Assembly: GCA_964430875.1 (NCBI GenBank)
Contig: CAYSHP010000007.1
Coordinates: 1,736-65,735 of the forward strand
Direction of reading: 5' to 3'
From: an uncultured Halanaerobiales bacterium
Lineage (GTDB): Bacteria; Bacillota; Halanaerobiia; Halanaerobiales; M55B127
Length of the DNA stretch: 64,000 bases
The notes under the pieces are model-generated. The model saw only the letters and a program-made list of their open reading frames with translations. It did not search any database and was not told the DNA's origin. A program made the translations under genes and the position numbers. Below are positions 27,322 through 36,774 of the stretch, in pieces (the stretch's first letter is position 1; each line of letters starts with the position of its first letter).

Positions 27322-28319
27322 TGTTTAAAAAAATTAAATACTATTTTAAACAAAATTTAATATTATCTCTAAGAAACAATATGATAATATATATGACAGT
27401 CTTTCCTATCTTATTAGCACTTGGCTTAAGTTTCTTTATGCCGAATGTAACTGAAATTGAAACTACTATAGCAGTAGATAATACTATAGAACAAAATAAG
27501 ATAGATAAATTAGAAGATTATGGTAATGTAATTACTTATAATAATTTAGATGCGCTTAAAGAGAGGGTAAATCAGTGGGATGATGTAGCTGGGATAACAA
27601 AAATGGATGGTAAATATAATATTATTTTAGAAGGAAATGAACCAGAAGAAACTGCCGAAATGAGTGAAGCAGTTCTTGGCTTAATTTTAAATCAAAATAA
27701 TCAGTATTCATTTAACTATGCCAGTTTAGAAAAAGATAATTCTAGTATGGTTGAACTTGCAGGTAGCCTGGTTCTTTTAACCATCATTTTGATCGCCGGA
27801 CTAACTATTGGATTAGGTATTATTGACGAAAAAGAAAATGATGTAATTAATGCTTTGTCAGTTTCACCTATTAGTCTAAAGGAATTTATCTTATCTAAAA
27901 GTATTATCTCAATCTTTTTTGCAGTAGTCTTATCCTTCATTACAGTATTTATTATGGTGGGTAATTCAGTTAATTACTGGCTTGTATTAATAGCAGTTTT
28001 AGCCTCGGTTAAAATAGGAATAATTTGGGGGTTTTTAATTGGAGGTATCGCTGATAATTTAATTGGTGCAATTGGAGTCATTAAAAGTACTGCCCTATTT
28101 TTAATAGCAGTTCCCATGGCTTCAGTATATACTCCTATAAAATTTCACTGGGTATATTATATTTTTCCTAATTACTGGGCATTTAAAAGTTATCAAAATA
28201 TCTTTAATCAAAATCAATGGATCAATTTTAACTATGCCTCAATTATTACCTTTATCTTTAGTTTGGGTTTATTATTAGTCTTAACCCCTTATTTTAAAAG
28301 AAAATTAAATATTAGATAA
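27321..28319 (+). CDS. ABC-2 family permease (second)
   Basis: 332 aa with the same topology. Its ATG overlaps the previous stop. Confidence 0.8.
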   Translation: MFKKIKYYFKQNLILSLRNNMIIYMTVFPILLALGLSFFMPNVTEIETTIAVDNTIEQNKIDKLEDYGNVITYNNLDALKERVNQWDDVAGITKMDGKYNIILEGNEPEETAEMSEAVLGLILNQNNQYSFNYASLEKDNSSMVELAGSLVLLTIILIAGLTIGLGIIDEKENDVINALSVSPISLKEFILSKSIISIFFAVVLSFITVFIMVGNSVNYWLVLIAVLASVKIGIIWGFLIGGIADNLIGAIGVIKSTALFLIAVPMASVYTPIKFHWVYYIFPNYWAFKSYQNIFNQNQWINFNYASIITFIFSLGLLLVLTPYFKRKLNIR

Positions 28320-28371
28320 AAAAATAGGCGGTACTTTTATTATGAAAGTAACCCTCTTACTATTTCAAAAT

Positions 28372-28436
28372 ATATTTAAAACAATACATCTTCACCATTT
28401 AACTTATAATGAACATTATCTAGTTTTTCTATAATA
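28372..28436 (-). pseudogene. Remnant of the 3' end of an aldo/keto-reductase paralogue
   Basis: About 65 nt, roughly 88% identical to 29919..29983, the 3' end of the AKR gene at 29923..31038. It still reads in frame EKLDNVHYKLNGEDVLF*, against EKLDIAHYKLSGEDVLF* in the intact gene. An upstream stop leaves only about 21 codons. Confidence 0.6.
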
Positions 28437-28478
28437 GTTAATTATTGGCTTTTTGATGGTCTTTAACTGAAATTTAAT

Positions 28479-28507
28479 TTGACATTAGGAAATATTAATG
28501 TTATAGA
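28479..28507 (+). promoter_or_regulatory. SigA-type promoter of the MFS gene
   Basis: -35 TTGACA (28479..28484), 17-nt spacer ending in TGT, -10 TATAGA (28502..28507). Confidence 0.6.
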
Positions 28508-28566
28508 TATATAAGTATAGAGTAATAATTTTAATAGTATATTTAAAAATAAGGGTGAATACATAA

Positions 28567-29841
28567 ATGATAAAAGAAGAAATTAATGAACAAAAGCCAA
28601 TAAAATCTCCTTTTTATTATGGCTGGATTGTATTAGTTGTAGCTGCCTTAGGCCTGTTTTTCTCTGGGCCAGGACAAACTTATTCTATTTCAATATTTAT
28701 TAACCACTATATTGATAAATTTGGCTGGAGTCGCTCCTTGATTTCCAGTTTTTATTCAATAGCTACTTTAATTTCAGGTCTTATTCTTACATTTGTAGGT
28801 AGGTATATAGATAAATTAGGGCATAGAAAAATGACTACTATAATTTCTATATTATTTGGATTTGCCTGTATATGGATGAGCCTGATCTTTAATCCACTCA
28901 TGATTTTTATAGGTTTCTTTTTGCTGAGATTATTAGGCCAGGGTTCTATGTCTCTTTTACCACAAACTTTAGTTCCCCACTGGTTTAAACAAAAAAGAGG
29001 GCTTGCCTTGAGCTTATTAGGGATAGGAGGAGTTATAAGTTCTAGCCTGCTACCTCCCCTTAATAATTGGCTTATTAATACATATAGTTTAACCTTTACC
29101 TGGAGATTATGGTCATTTCTGCTCATCTTTTTTATGGCACCAGTCGGATGGATCTTTATTAGAAACAAACCTGAAAATATTGGCCTTAATCCTGATGGTA
29201 TTGACCAAGAGGATAATACTATAGCACCAAAGATTCATATCAGTGAAGATCCTTGGACATTAAATCAATCTATGAAAACTAGGTCTTTTTGGTTTATGAA
29301 TTATTGTGGGGTTGTCTCTGCATTAGTCACTACAGGATTAACCTTTCATATGGTTTCTATTGTAAATAATATTGGTTATTCACCTAGTTTTGCTGCTTTA
29401 ATCTTAAGTATAACTGCCATGATAAAGTTTCCTTTTACATTTGTAGCTGGATGGTTACTAGATCGTTTTAAAGTTAATATTATCAAAGGGATTAATTTTC
29501 TTATTTTATCCGGAGCAATTTTCTTATTATTAAGAGCAGATAGCAAAATCACTTTAATAATATATGCCTTAGTACATGGCACATTTATGGCCTTTGACGC
29601 TGTTAGCACCGGGGTTGTTTGGCCTAATTATTTTGGAAGAGAAAACCTGGGTAGTATTAGAGGGTTTGCTATGACTACAATGGTAATTGGTTCTGCTCTC
29701 GGCCCTTTGCCCTTTGGAGTCGCTTATGATTATTTTGGAGGTTACCATGAAATCATGATTGGAATTTTAATCCTCCCCACCCTAGCTGTTTTTGCTTCAC
29801 TTTTTTCTCCCCCACCTAATTATAAATTCAAAAATAAATAA
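28567..29841 (+). CDS. MFS transporter
   Basis: 424 aa, 12 predicted TM segments, with an MFS loop motif (GRYIDKLGHRKM). Confidence 0.9.
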   Translation: MIKEEINEQKPIKSPFYYGWIVLVVAALGLFFSGPGQTYSISIFINHYIDKFGWSRSLISSFYSIATLISGLILTFVGRYIDKLGHRKMTTIISILFGFACIWMSLIFNPLMIFIGFFLLRLLGQGSMSLLPQTLVPHWFKQKRGLALSLLGIGGVISSSLLPPLNNWLINTYSLTFTWRLWSFLLIFFMAPVGWIFIRNKPENIGLNPDGIDQEDNTIAPKIHISEDPWTLNQSMKTRSFWFMNYCGVVSALVTTGLTFHMVSIVNNIGYSPSFAALILSITAMIKFPFTFVAGWLLDRFKVNIIKGINFLILSGAIFLLLRADSKITLIIYALVHGTFMAFDAVSTGVVWPNYFGRENLGSIRGFAMTTMVIGSALGPLPFGVAYDYFGGYHEIMIGILILPTLAVFASLFSPPPNYKFKNK

Positions 29842-29869
29842 AACTAATATCTTAATATATTTTTTCAAA

Positions 29870-29910
29870 GAAAAGACCGGGAGTGAAATTTCACTCTCGG
29901 TCTTTTCTTT
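29870..29910. terminator. Bidirectional intrinsic terminator between the convergent MFS and AKR genes
   Basis: GACCGGGAGTGA-AATT-TCACTCTCGGTC flanked by an A-rich tract on one side and a T-rich tract on the other. Confidence 0.8.
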
Positions 29911-29922
29911 CTTATTTAATAT

Positions 29923-31038
29923 TTAAAACAATACATCCTCACCACTTAATTTATAATGAGCGATATCTAGTTTTTCTACAATTGGTAAATCATATGGACA
30001 TTGATTGATACATTCTTTACAATTAGTACACTGATTGGCTTTAACATCTAATTCTTGATAAAGTGACCTTGCCTTTTCTTCTCCTTCAAACCAGAATCTT
30101 AATCTATCTCTTAAAGCAAAATCAGCCGGGTTTCTAACTTTACCATCTCTCATCTGACGATCATAATATCCTTCTAATTTAAAGATCTCTTTTATATCTA
30201 TATCTTCAGGACAATCTACACATTCATCACATTGTCTACATACATAATTACCTAATTCAGGTGCATTCATATATAGATCCTGTTTTTCTTCTTCACTCAT
30301 TGGAATATAGTTATTGGCATAGCTAATATCTTCTTTTATCATTTCTTCTGTATTAATACCGGTTACTACTATTGAAACTGGTAAAGAAAAGGCATATCTA
30401 AAGGCAGTTTCTGCTGATCTCCATAAGAAACCATCAGCAAGAGCTTTCATAAGAACAATCCCCACATTTTTGGCTTGAGCCAAAGGTAGTAGTTCATTTT
30501 CTAATTTGGGAAAGTTAAACTTATCGAAGTAATTAAAGGTTGCCATTACCACATCAAATTTATCTTTTTTAAGGGCTTTTATTAAGACATCTGGCTGCCC
30601 GTGCATAGAGATACCTAAATTATTTACTTTGCCTGCTTCTTTTAATTCAAGATAGGCCTCATAGGCTCCACCTTCTGAAAAAATTGTTTCTAATTCCTCA
30701 AAGCTTTTTACGGCATGCATAAATAATATGTCCAGATGGTCTGTTTTAAGATTATCTAAAGTACGATTTACATCTCTTAAAGCTCCTTCTTTAATTCTTG
30801 AACCTGTTTTACTTGCTAATACTACTTCATCTCTGCGCTTTTTAATTACCGGCCCTATCTTTCTTTCTGATTCACCATCTCCATAATCAGCAGCCGTTTC
30901 TATGTAATTGCCACCCATGTCAATATATTTGTTTAATAATTTCTGAGCCCTTTCAGCTGGGATTTCAAGTAAGTGAAAACCACCAAATCCAATTAGACTA
31001 ACTTCTAAACCTGTCTTTCCTAACTTTCTCTTTTCCAT
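29923..31038 (-). CDS. Aldo/keto reductase fused to a C-terminal Fe-S (ferredoxin-like Cys cluster) domain
   Basis: 371 aa. AKR N-terminus (LGKTGLEVSLIGFGG, DTAADYG). C-terminal CRQCDECVDCP and CTNCKECINQCP motifs. Confidence 0.88.
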   Translation of the reverse strand: MEKRKLGKTGLEVSLIGFGGFHLLEIPAERAQKLLNKYIDMGGNYIETAADYGDGESERKIGPVIKKRRDEVVLASKTGSRIKEGALRDVNRTLDNLKTDHLDILFMHAVKSFEELETIFSEGGAYEAYLELKEAGKVNNLGISMHGQPDVLIKALKKDKFDVVMATFNYFDKFNFPKLENELLPLAQAKNVGIVLMKALADGFLWRSAETAFRYAFSLPVSIVVTGINTEEMIKEDISYANNYIPMSEEEKQDLYMNAPELGNYVCRQCDECVDCPEDIDIKEIFKLEGYYDRQMRDGKVRNPADFALRDRLRFWFEGEEKARSLYQELDVKANQCTNCKECINQCPYDLPIVEKLDIAHYKLSGEDVLF

Positions 31039-31041
31039 ATA

Positions 31042-31938
31042 TTACTTTCCCTCCTTTTTATCTGGTCTACCGCCAATCTTATTTACACATTTAAAACCTA
31101 TTTGATTTGCATAATGAGCTGCTTCTTTTAAATTTTTATTTTTTAGATATTTAGCTATAAAAGCAGCTGAAAAAGCATCTCCTGCACCCGTGGTATCTCC
31201 TTCAGCTAACTTTCTTTTCTGTTGAATAAAACAAATTTCATTTTGGTTTCCAATCATACAGCCTTTTTTACCTACTTTTAAAATTACATTTTTATAATAG
31301 TTCAGCAAGTGACTTGTAATTTCTTTTGGCTTATTTTTACCTGTTAGTATCTTGCCTTCTTCTAGATTAGGAAAACAAAGCTCAATACCTTCTGTTTGAT
31401 TTAAGATCTTTTGGATTCCATAATCTTTAAGTCCGGAATAAGAAGAAGGGTCAAATGAAACTGTAATATTTTTTTCTTGCGCCCTCTTTATAGCTTTAAG
31501 AGCAGTATTTTCCATGTTTTTTTCGCCAAAAAAGCTATAACCTCCTAGATGTAGATGGTTTACATCTTCAAAAAATTCTTCTTTTATATCCTCTGGCTTA
31601 ATTTTTACATTTGCACCCCGGTCTGTAATCATTGTCCGGTCTCCATCTTTACTTAATAGAACCACAATTCTGCCGGTTTCTTTTTCTTTACTAATCAGAT
31701 TTTTAAAATCAATATCTGTATTTGCAAATTCTTCTTTTAAATAATCTACTATAAAGTCATCACCTGTTTTAGCAATAAGTCTAACTTTTTGATTTAGATA
31801 ATCCAACCAGTAAGAAAAATTAGCAGCAGAACCACCACCTTTAAAAAATATCTCTGATTGGCTGTCAGTATTAAAGTTTATTGCTTCTCTTAAATTCACG
31901 ATAATATCAAGATTTATATCTCCAATTACTAAAATCAT
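31042..31938 (-). CDS. psuK: PfkB-family carbohydrate kinase, probable pseudouridine kinase
   Basis: 298 aa. PfkB motifs GGGSAANF and DTTGAGDAF. Lies immediately downstream of psuG with a 1-nt gap. Confidence 0.7.
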   Translation of the reverse strand: MILVIGDINLDIIVNLREAINFNTDSQSEIFFKGGGSAANFSYWLDYLNQKVRLIAKTGDDFIVDYLKEEFANTDIDFKNLISKEKETGRIVVLLSKDGDRTMITDRGANVKIKPEDIKEEFFEDVNHLHLGGYSFFGEKNMENTALKAIKRAQEKNITVSFDPSSYSGLKDYGIQKILNQTEGIELCFPNLEEGKILTGKNKPKEITSHLLNYYKNVILKVGKKGCMIGNQNEICFIQQKRKLAEGDTTGAGDAFSAAFIAKYLKNKNLKEAAHYANQIGFKCVNKIGGRPDKKEGK

Positions 31939-31939
31939 T

Positions 31940-32857
31940 TTATCTCATTTCCTTTAATGCTTGCGATATTTTACAACCGGCCTTCAAGTTATTTTTTACC
32001 AGAGATATATTAGCTTTTACACTCGCTCCATCGGTTTCTTCTTTTATTCTTGCTAAAAGATAGGGCGTAATATCCTTACCTCTGATATTTTTATCTTCTA
32101 CTTCCTGTATTAACTCATCAATAATTTTATTAAACTGAGCCCGGTTAAGTTCATCTTCTTTCGGAATAGGTACGGTAACTAATATTCCATTTCTATTTTC
32201 TAAAAGCATATTCTTTACCATTATATCAGCAACTTCTTTACCATTGCTGACCGGGTAATCAACTTCAAGACCACTATCTCTTAAATAAAAAGCAGGAAAT
32301 TTTTCAGTATTATAGCCAAGAATAGGTACTCCTTTTGATTCTAATACTTCCTTGGTTTTTGGTAAATCAAGTACTGATTTAGCTCCAGCACAAACTACGG
32401 TTACTGGAAATTCAGATAATGCTTTTAGGTCAGCTGAAATATCAAAGGTTTTTTCTGCTTTTCTATGTACTCCCCCAATACCACCTGTTACAAAAACATC
32501 AATACCGGCTAAATATGCAATTTGCATAGTTGCTGCGACTGTTGTTGCACCATTTAACTTTTTGGAGACCAAAACTGGTAGATCCCTTAAACTAGCTTTT
32601 TTAATATTATTTGATTGTCCAAGAAATTCTATCTCTTCTTTAGTTAACCCCACCCTCAACTCACCATCAATAATTGCAATTGTCGCTGGAATTACTCCCA
32701 CTTCTCGGGCTTGTTCTTCTAATTCTATGGCCAGCTCAATATTGTCAGGATAAGGAAAACCATGTGCGATTATTGTGGATTCTAAAGCAACAATCGGTTG
32801 ATCTTCTTTAATAGCTTTCCCTACCTCTTTAGAATACCTTAAAAAATTTTCCACCAT
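31940..32857 (-). CDS. psuG: Pseudouridine-5'-phosphate glycosidase
   Basis: 305 aa. VALESTIIAHGFPYP, GATTVAATM, FVTGGIGGVHR and DISADL are characteristic of PsuG/IndA. Confidence 0.9.
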   Translation of the reverse strand: MVENFLRYSKEVGKAIKEDQPIVALESTIIAHGFPYPDNIELAIELEEQAREVGVIPATIAIIDGELRVGLTKEEIEFLGQSNNIKKASLRDLPVLVSKKLNGATTVAATMQIAYLAGIDVFVTGGIGGVHRKAEKTFDISADLKALSEFPVTVVCAGAKSVLDLPKTKEVLESKGVPILGYNTEKFPAFYLRDSGLEVDYPVSNGKEVADIMVKNMLLENRNGILVTVPIPKEDELNRAQFNKIIDELIQEVEDKNIRGKDITPYLLARIKEETDGASVKANISLVKNNLKAGCKISQALKEMR

Positions 32858-33052
32858 TAACTCCCCCCTTTTAGATATATCAAGTAAACTGGTAGCTATT
32901 TTTTTCTTTTAAATATTTTCTATAATTTTGTCTGTTTCTTATATTAATGATTTCAATATCGAACTTGCTTTTCCTTTATCAAGCTATCTAGAAAAAATTA
33001 AACCCCTTTAATTTTTATTTAAGCTTAAAGATTAAGTGAACTTCACAACTTA

Positions 33053-33391
33053 TTAATTACTGTTGTCCTCTGCTTTATAGGTTAATATTTCTACTTTTTC
33101 TACTGTTACTAATCCTTCTTTTACCATCTCTTGTACAGTAGGTATTATATTGTCTATCTTTTCTGACTTATCAACCACCTCAATCATAATAGGAAGATCT
33201 TCAGATAGTTGCCAGATATGAGAATTTTTAATTCTACTGTTTAAACCAAACCCTTCTATTCCGGAAATTGCAGTTGCTCCAGCTAATCCCATTTCTTTAA
33301 ATTTTTTTATCAATGCTCTGTAGAGTGGTTCACCTTCCAACATATCATTTTCGCCAATATATATTTTTAACACTTTACCTTCTCCAACCAT
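33053..33391 (-). CDS. DUF190 (PII-like fold) protein
   Basis: The ORF is 33053..33433. The start is moved to ATG at 33391 (RBS AAGGATGGTGA), which removes the overlap with the antiporter. KIYIGENDMLEGEPLY..GLAGATAISGIEGFG is typical of DUF190. Confidence 0.8.
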   Translation of the reverse strand: MVGEGKVLKIYIGENDMLEGEPLYRALIKKFKEMGLAGATAISGIEGFGLNSRIKNSHIWQLSEDLPIMIEVVDKSEKIDNIIPTVQEMVKEGLVTVEKVEILTYKAEDNSN

Positions 33392-33407
33392 TTTATCACC
33401 ATCCTTT

Positions 33408-34601
33408 TTATTTAAGCCAATTATTACCCGCAAATTTAATACCGACTGCCCCCAAAGGTGCAGTAATCACAATAGCTAACACTGCCATAGCTAAAATTAA
33501 TTCACCCGATTCAACTCCAACTGCTATAGGTACTGCCCCAATTGCTGCTTGAACTGTCGCCTTTGGTGTATAGGCTATCACACAAAAAAATCTTTCTTTT
33601 AAATTTAAAGGGGTATTAGTTACAGAAATTAACACACCTATACTTCTAGCCAAAAGACCAACTGAGATAATTAACAAACCTTTCAAACCAGTTTCAATAG
33701 CCAGATAAACATCCACCTCAGCTCCCACAAGTACAAAAAGCATTATTTCTGCAAAAACCCATATCTTATTAAATTTAGAAGCAAGTCTTGTTCCTACTAA
33801 TTTATAACGTTCCTGAAGTACAAATCCTATTGTCATAACCCCAAGAAGAGAAGCAATTGGCACAATATCTTTTAAATAATCTTCTAAGCCAGTTAATAAT
33901 ATTGCGGATCCTAATATAATTAAAGCTTTTTTTGTATCTCTAAAGTGATATTTCTTAAATAGATAAACCATAAATAAAGCTATAAAAAATCCAAGCAGAA
34001 CTCCTATAATAATGGATAAGGGGACATCCATTATCTTTTTTGTAATATTTATTTGTTTCCCTCCATAAATACCCATGAATGTAGTAAAAATTGTAATAGC
34101 AACTACATCATCAATAGAAGCTCCAGTCAATATTAAAGTGGGTATTCCTTTATTAGTTCCCTTATTTTTATTTATCAAATTTAACATCTGGGGAACTACC
34201 ACAGCCGGTGAAACAGCTGCAATAATAAAAGCTAATATTCCTGCCTCCACGAAAGATAACTCAAAAATATAACTTGCAACTAATAAAATTGAAATCCCTT
34301 CTAAAATACCCGGTATAAAACTTAGTCTAAAAGCAGGAAGACCTACTTTTTTGAGCGTTTCTTTTTCAATACCTAAACCTGCTCTCAACAAAATTACAAT
34401 TAAGGCAATCTTTCTTAAATCGGCTGATATATTTAATATTTCATTACTGATAATACCAAATCCATAAGGACCAATTAAGATTCCCAAAATTAACATCCCC
34501 AGTAAACCCGGTAACTTAATTTTATCAAATAATCTATTAAAACCCAATCCCAATAAAATAATTACTGCTAAACTAAAGGCCATAACAACTTCACACTCCA
34601 T
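33408..34601 (-). CDS. Cation:proton antiporter (Na+/H+ exchanger family)
   Basis: 397 aa polytopic protein with an LPGLLGMLILGILIGPYG N-terminus. The start could instead be ATG at 34583 (MAFSL). Confidence 0.85.
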   Translation of the reverse strand: MECEVVMAFSLAVIILLGLGFNRLFDKIKLPGLLGMLILGILIGPYGFGIISNEILNISADLRKIALIVILLRAGLGIEKETLKKVGLPAFRLSFIPGILEGISILLVASYIFELSFVEAGILAFIIAAVSPAVVVPQMLNLINKNKGTNKGIPTLILTGASIDDVVAITIFTTFMGIYGGKQINITKKIMDVPLSIIIGVLLGFFIALFMVYLFKKYHFRDTKKALIILGSAILLTGLEDYLKDIVPIASLLGVMTIGFVLQERYKLVGTRLASKFNKIWVFAEIMLFVLVGAEVDVYLAIETGLKGLLIISVGLLARSIGVLISVTNTPLNLKERFFCVIAYTPKATVQAAIGAVPIAVGVESGELILAMAVLAIVITAPLGAVGIKFAGNNWLK

Positions 34602-34618
34602 TATAATTTATTTTTGCA

Positions 34619-34710
34619 TAAAAAAATAAGCTCCTATTCAGCCCAATTGTTCTGAATAGGAGCCATCAATTGCAAAATATGCAATAATTAAGGTGAGCTC
34701 CATCACCTAC
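34619..34710 (-). promoter_or_regulatory. Fluoride riboswitch (crcB motif) with terminator expression platform
   Basis: The minus-strand RNA reads AGGUGAUGGAGCUCACCUUAAUUAUUGCAUAUUUUGCAAUUGAUGGCUCCUA. This is followed by the hairpin GCUCCUAUUCAG-N10-CUGAAUAGGAGC and U7. It closely parallels the remembered B. cereus crcB riboswitch (AGGCGAUGGAGUUCGCCAUAAACGCUGCUUAGCUAAUGACUCCUAC plus terminator). Confidence 0.85.
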
Positions 34711-34731
34711 TATATTTTTAATTATATATTA

Positions 34732-35646
34732 TCATTCTCTACTGTATGGTTTACCAAGTGCAGCCGGGAATTCTACTCTTTTTCTGAAAATCCACATTAT
34801 CAATAAGACCGAAATAAAAGGTAACATTAATAAGAACTGATAAGGTATTAAAGAATTTCCCAATTGCTGTTGGAAAGAAAAAACTTCAATTGCAGCAAAT
34901 ATAAAAGCACCAAGTAAAGCTCTTTCCGGCCTCCAACTAGCAAATATAGCAATACCTATCGCCATGAAACCTCTACCATTAGAAATATTGGTAGTATATG
35001 TTCCTGTAACAACAAGCGGTAAATAAGCGCCTGCAAGGCCCATTAATGAGCCACCTATGATAGTAGTTACATATCTTCTTAATTTTACATTTATACCAAC
35101 AACATCTGCAGCCTTGGGATCTTCTCCAATAGCCCTAGTTTCTAATCCTAAACGGGTATGATAAAAAATATAGTAAGCGGCAAAGACTGCTATATAAGCA
35201 AAGTATACCACTATATCCTGATTTAAAAAGGCAGATATTATAGGTATCTGTGAAATACCTGGTATTCTAATATCAGGGACAGGAGGAGCTTCTGGTGCAA
35301 AAAGCTGAACTCCCACAATAGTCTTATATAATAAATCAGATAAGCCTGTCCCTAAAATTACTAGAGTAATCCCTAGTATAAATTGGCTAATCTTTAGCTT
35401 TTCATGGATATATATTAATATCAGTCCAAAAAGAGCTCCCATTAAAGCCCCTACTAAAAAACCCATAAACCAATTTCCAGTTTGATAAGCAGCAATAAAA
35501 CCGGCAGAAGCGGAAGCAAGCATAATACCTTCCCCAGAAATATTAAAAACTCCCGTTCTTCCACCAATCACTATTCCAAGACTGGCCAGGGCATAAACAC
35601 TTGTATAAGAAACTATCTGAGTAAGTATTTCTGTTAGTTGGCCCAC
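34732..35646 (-). CDS. Nucleoside/BMP-type ABC transporter permease
   Basis: 304 aa, about 8 TM segments, ribose/BMP ABC permease family. In an operon with the BMP binding protein. Confidence 0.88.
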   Translation of the reverse strand: MGQLTEILTQIVSYTSVYALASLGIVIGGRTGVFNISGEGIMLASASAGFIAAYQTGNWFMGFLVGALMGALFGLILIYIHEKLKISQFILGITLVILGTGLSDLLYKTIVGVQLFAPEAPPVPDIRIPGISQIPIISAFLNQDIVVYFAYIAVFAAYYIFYHTRLGLETRAIGEDPKAADVVGINVKLRRYVTTIIGGSLMGLAGAYLPLVVTGTYTTNISNGRGFMAIGIAIFASWRPERALLGAFIFAAIEVFSFQQQLGNSLIPYQFLLMLPFISVLLIMWIFRKRVEFPAALGKPYSRE

Positions 35647-35682
35647 AACAACACTTCCTTTCTATAACTAAGTATATGTTTT

Positions 35683-36774
35683 TTATTCAATATATCCACC
35701 GCCAGCTTGACGTCTTAATACTACAATCAATAAAACTATTATTGCTTGAGTTAAGAATACAAGTTCTACAGGTACCTGTAAAGTCCTCTGCATAGCATCT
35801 GCACCTACTAATAAAATTGAGATGAACATTGCTGAAAGAGGTACACCTAAAGGTTTACCCTGACAAATTAAGGCAGTTAATATACCGAAAATACCGTATT
35901 GAGCACCACTAGTTAAGGCAAATCCTTCAATTAGACGGGAATGAACCCCCATAACTTCTATTCCACCACCAAGGCCACCCATGGCCCCAGCAATTAAGAA
36001 AGTAAATATTAAGGTTTTCTTCATCTTTATTCCATAAACAGAAGAAGCATCAGGATTATATCCTGTTGCCTTTATTTCATAACCTAAAACGGTTTTATTC
36101 ATTAGATAATATACAGCAATTATTGCGATTAAAACAACTATAATACCCAAATGAATTTGGCCAAACACCTTAGGAAACAAGGCCGCTTCTGGCAGTTTCA
36201 AAGTCATCGGATGGCCGGTTTGAGGAGCCTTCCAGGGATTCGTTGTCGCTACAAAGTTAACGAAGTAAAAAGCTATAAAGTTTAACATAATAGTTGAAAT
36301 AATTGGATTAATATTATAATAAGCTTTTAAAAATCCAGCTAAAAATGCAAAGGCTGCGCCAGCTACCATTGCTGTTAATATGAGTATCGGTATGAAAATT
36401 ACAGAAGGTATATTAAAACCTGATAATCCAATTCCTACAACTGCTGTAATAGTTCCTCCAAAAAGCATCTGGCCCCAGCCACCGATATTAAAAAATTTAA
36501 TTCTAAAAGGAATAGCAAAGGCATATGTTGCGAAAGTTAAAGGAATAAATTTCTTTAAAGTCTCTATTATACCTCTTCTTGAAGAAAACGAAGTTAAAAT
36601 TAAGGTTTGATACGCTTTCGGTATATTATATCCTAACAAGCCAATAATCACGCCTGAAATTCCAAATGCAATTAATAAAGCTAACACATAAGGCTTAACA
36701 TTATTCCAAATTTCTTGCCCTCTGGAATCTTCTTGAATTACTTGTTCTTGTCCAGCCACTTTACTAACCTCCAA
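35683..36774 (-). CDS. Nucleoside/BMP-type ABC transporter permease
   Basis: 363 aa polytopic protein. Overlaps the ATPase stop. Confidence 0.88.
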   Translation of the reverse strand: MEVSKVAGQEQVIQEDSRGQEIWNNVKPYVLALLIAFGISGVIIGLLGYNIPKAYQTLILTSFSSRRGIIETLKKFIPLTFATYAFAIPFRIKFFNIGGWGQMLFGGTITAVVGIGLSGFNIPSVIFIPILILTAMVAGAAFAFLAGFLKAYYNINPIISTIMLNFIAFYFVNFVATTNPWKAPQTGHPMTLKLPEAALFPKVFGQIHLGIIVVLIAIIAVYYLMNKTVLGYEIKATGYNPDASSVYGIKMKKTLIFTFLIAGAMGGLGGGIEVMGVHSRLIEGFALTSGAQYGIFGILTALICQGKPLGVPLSAMFISILLVGADAMQRTLQVPVELVFLTQAIIVLLIVVLRRQAGGGYIE

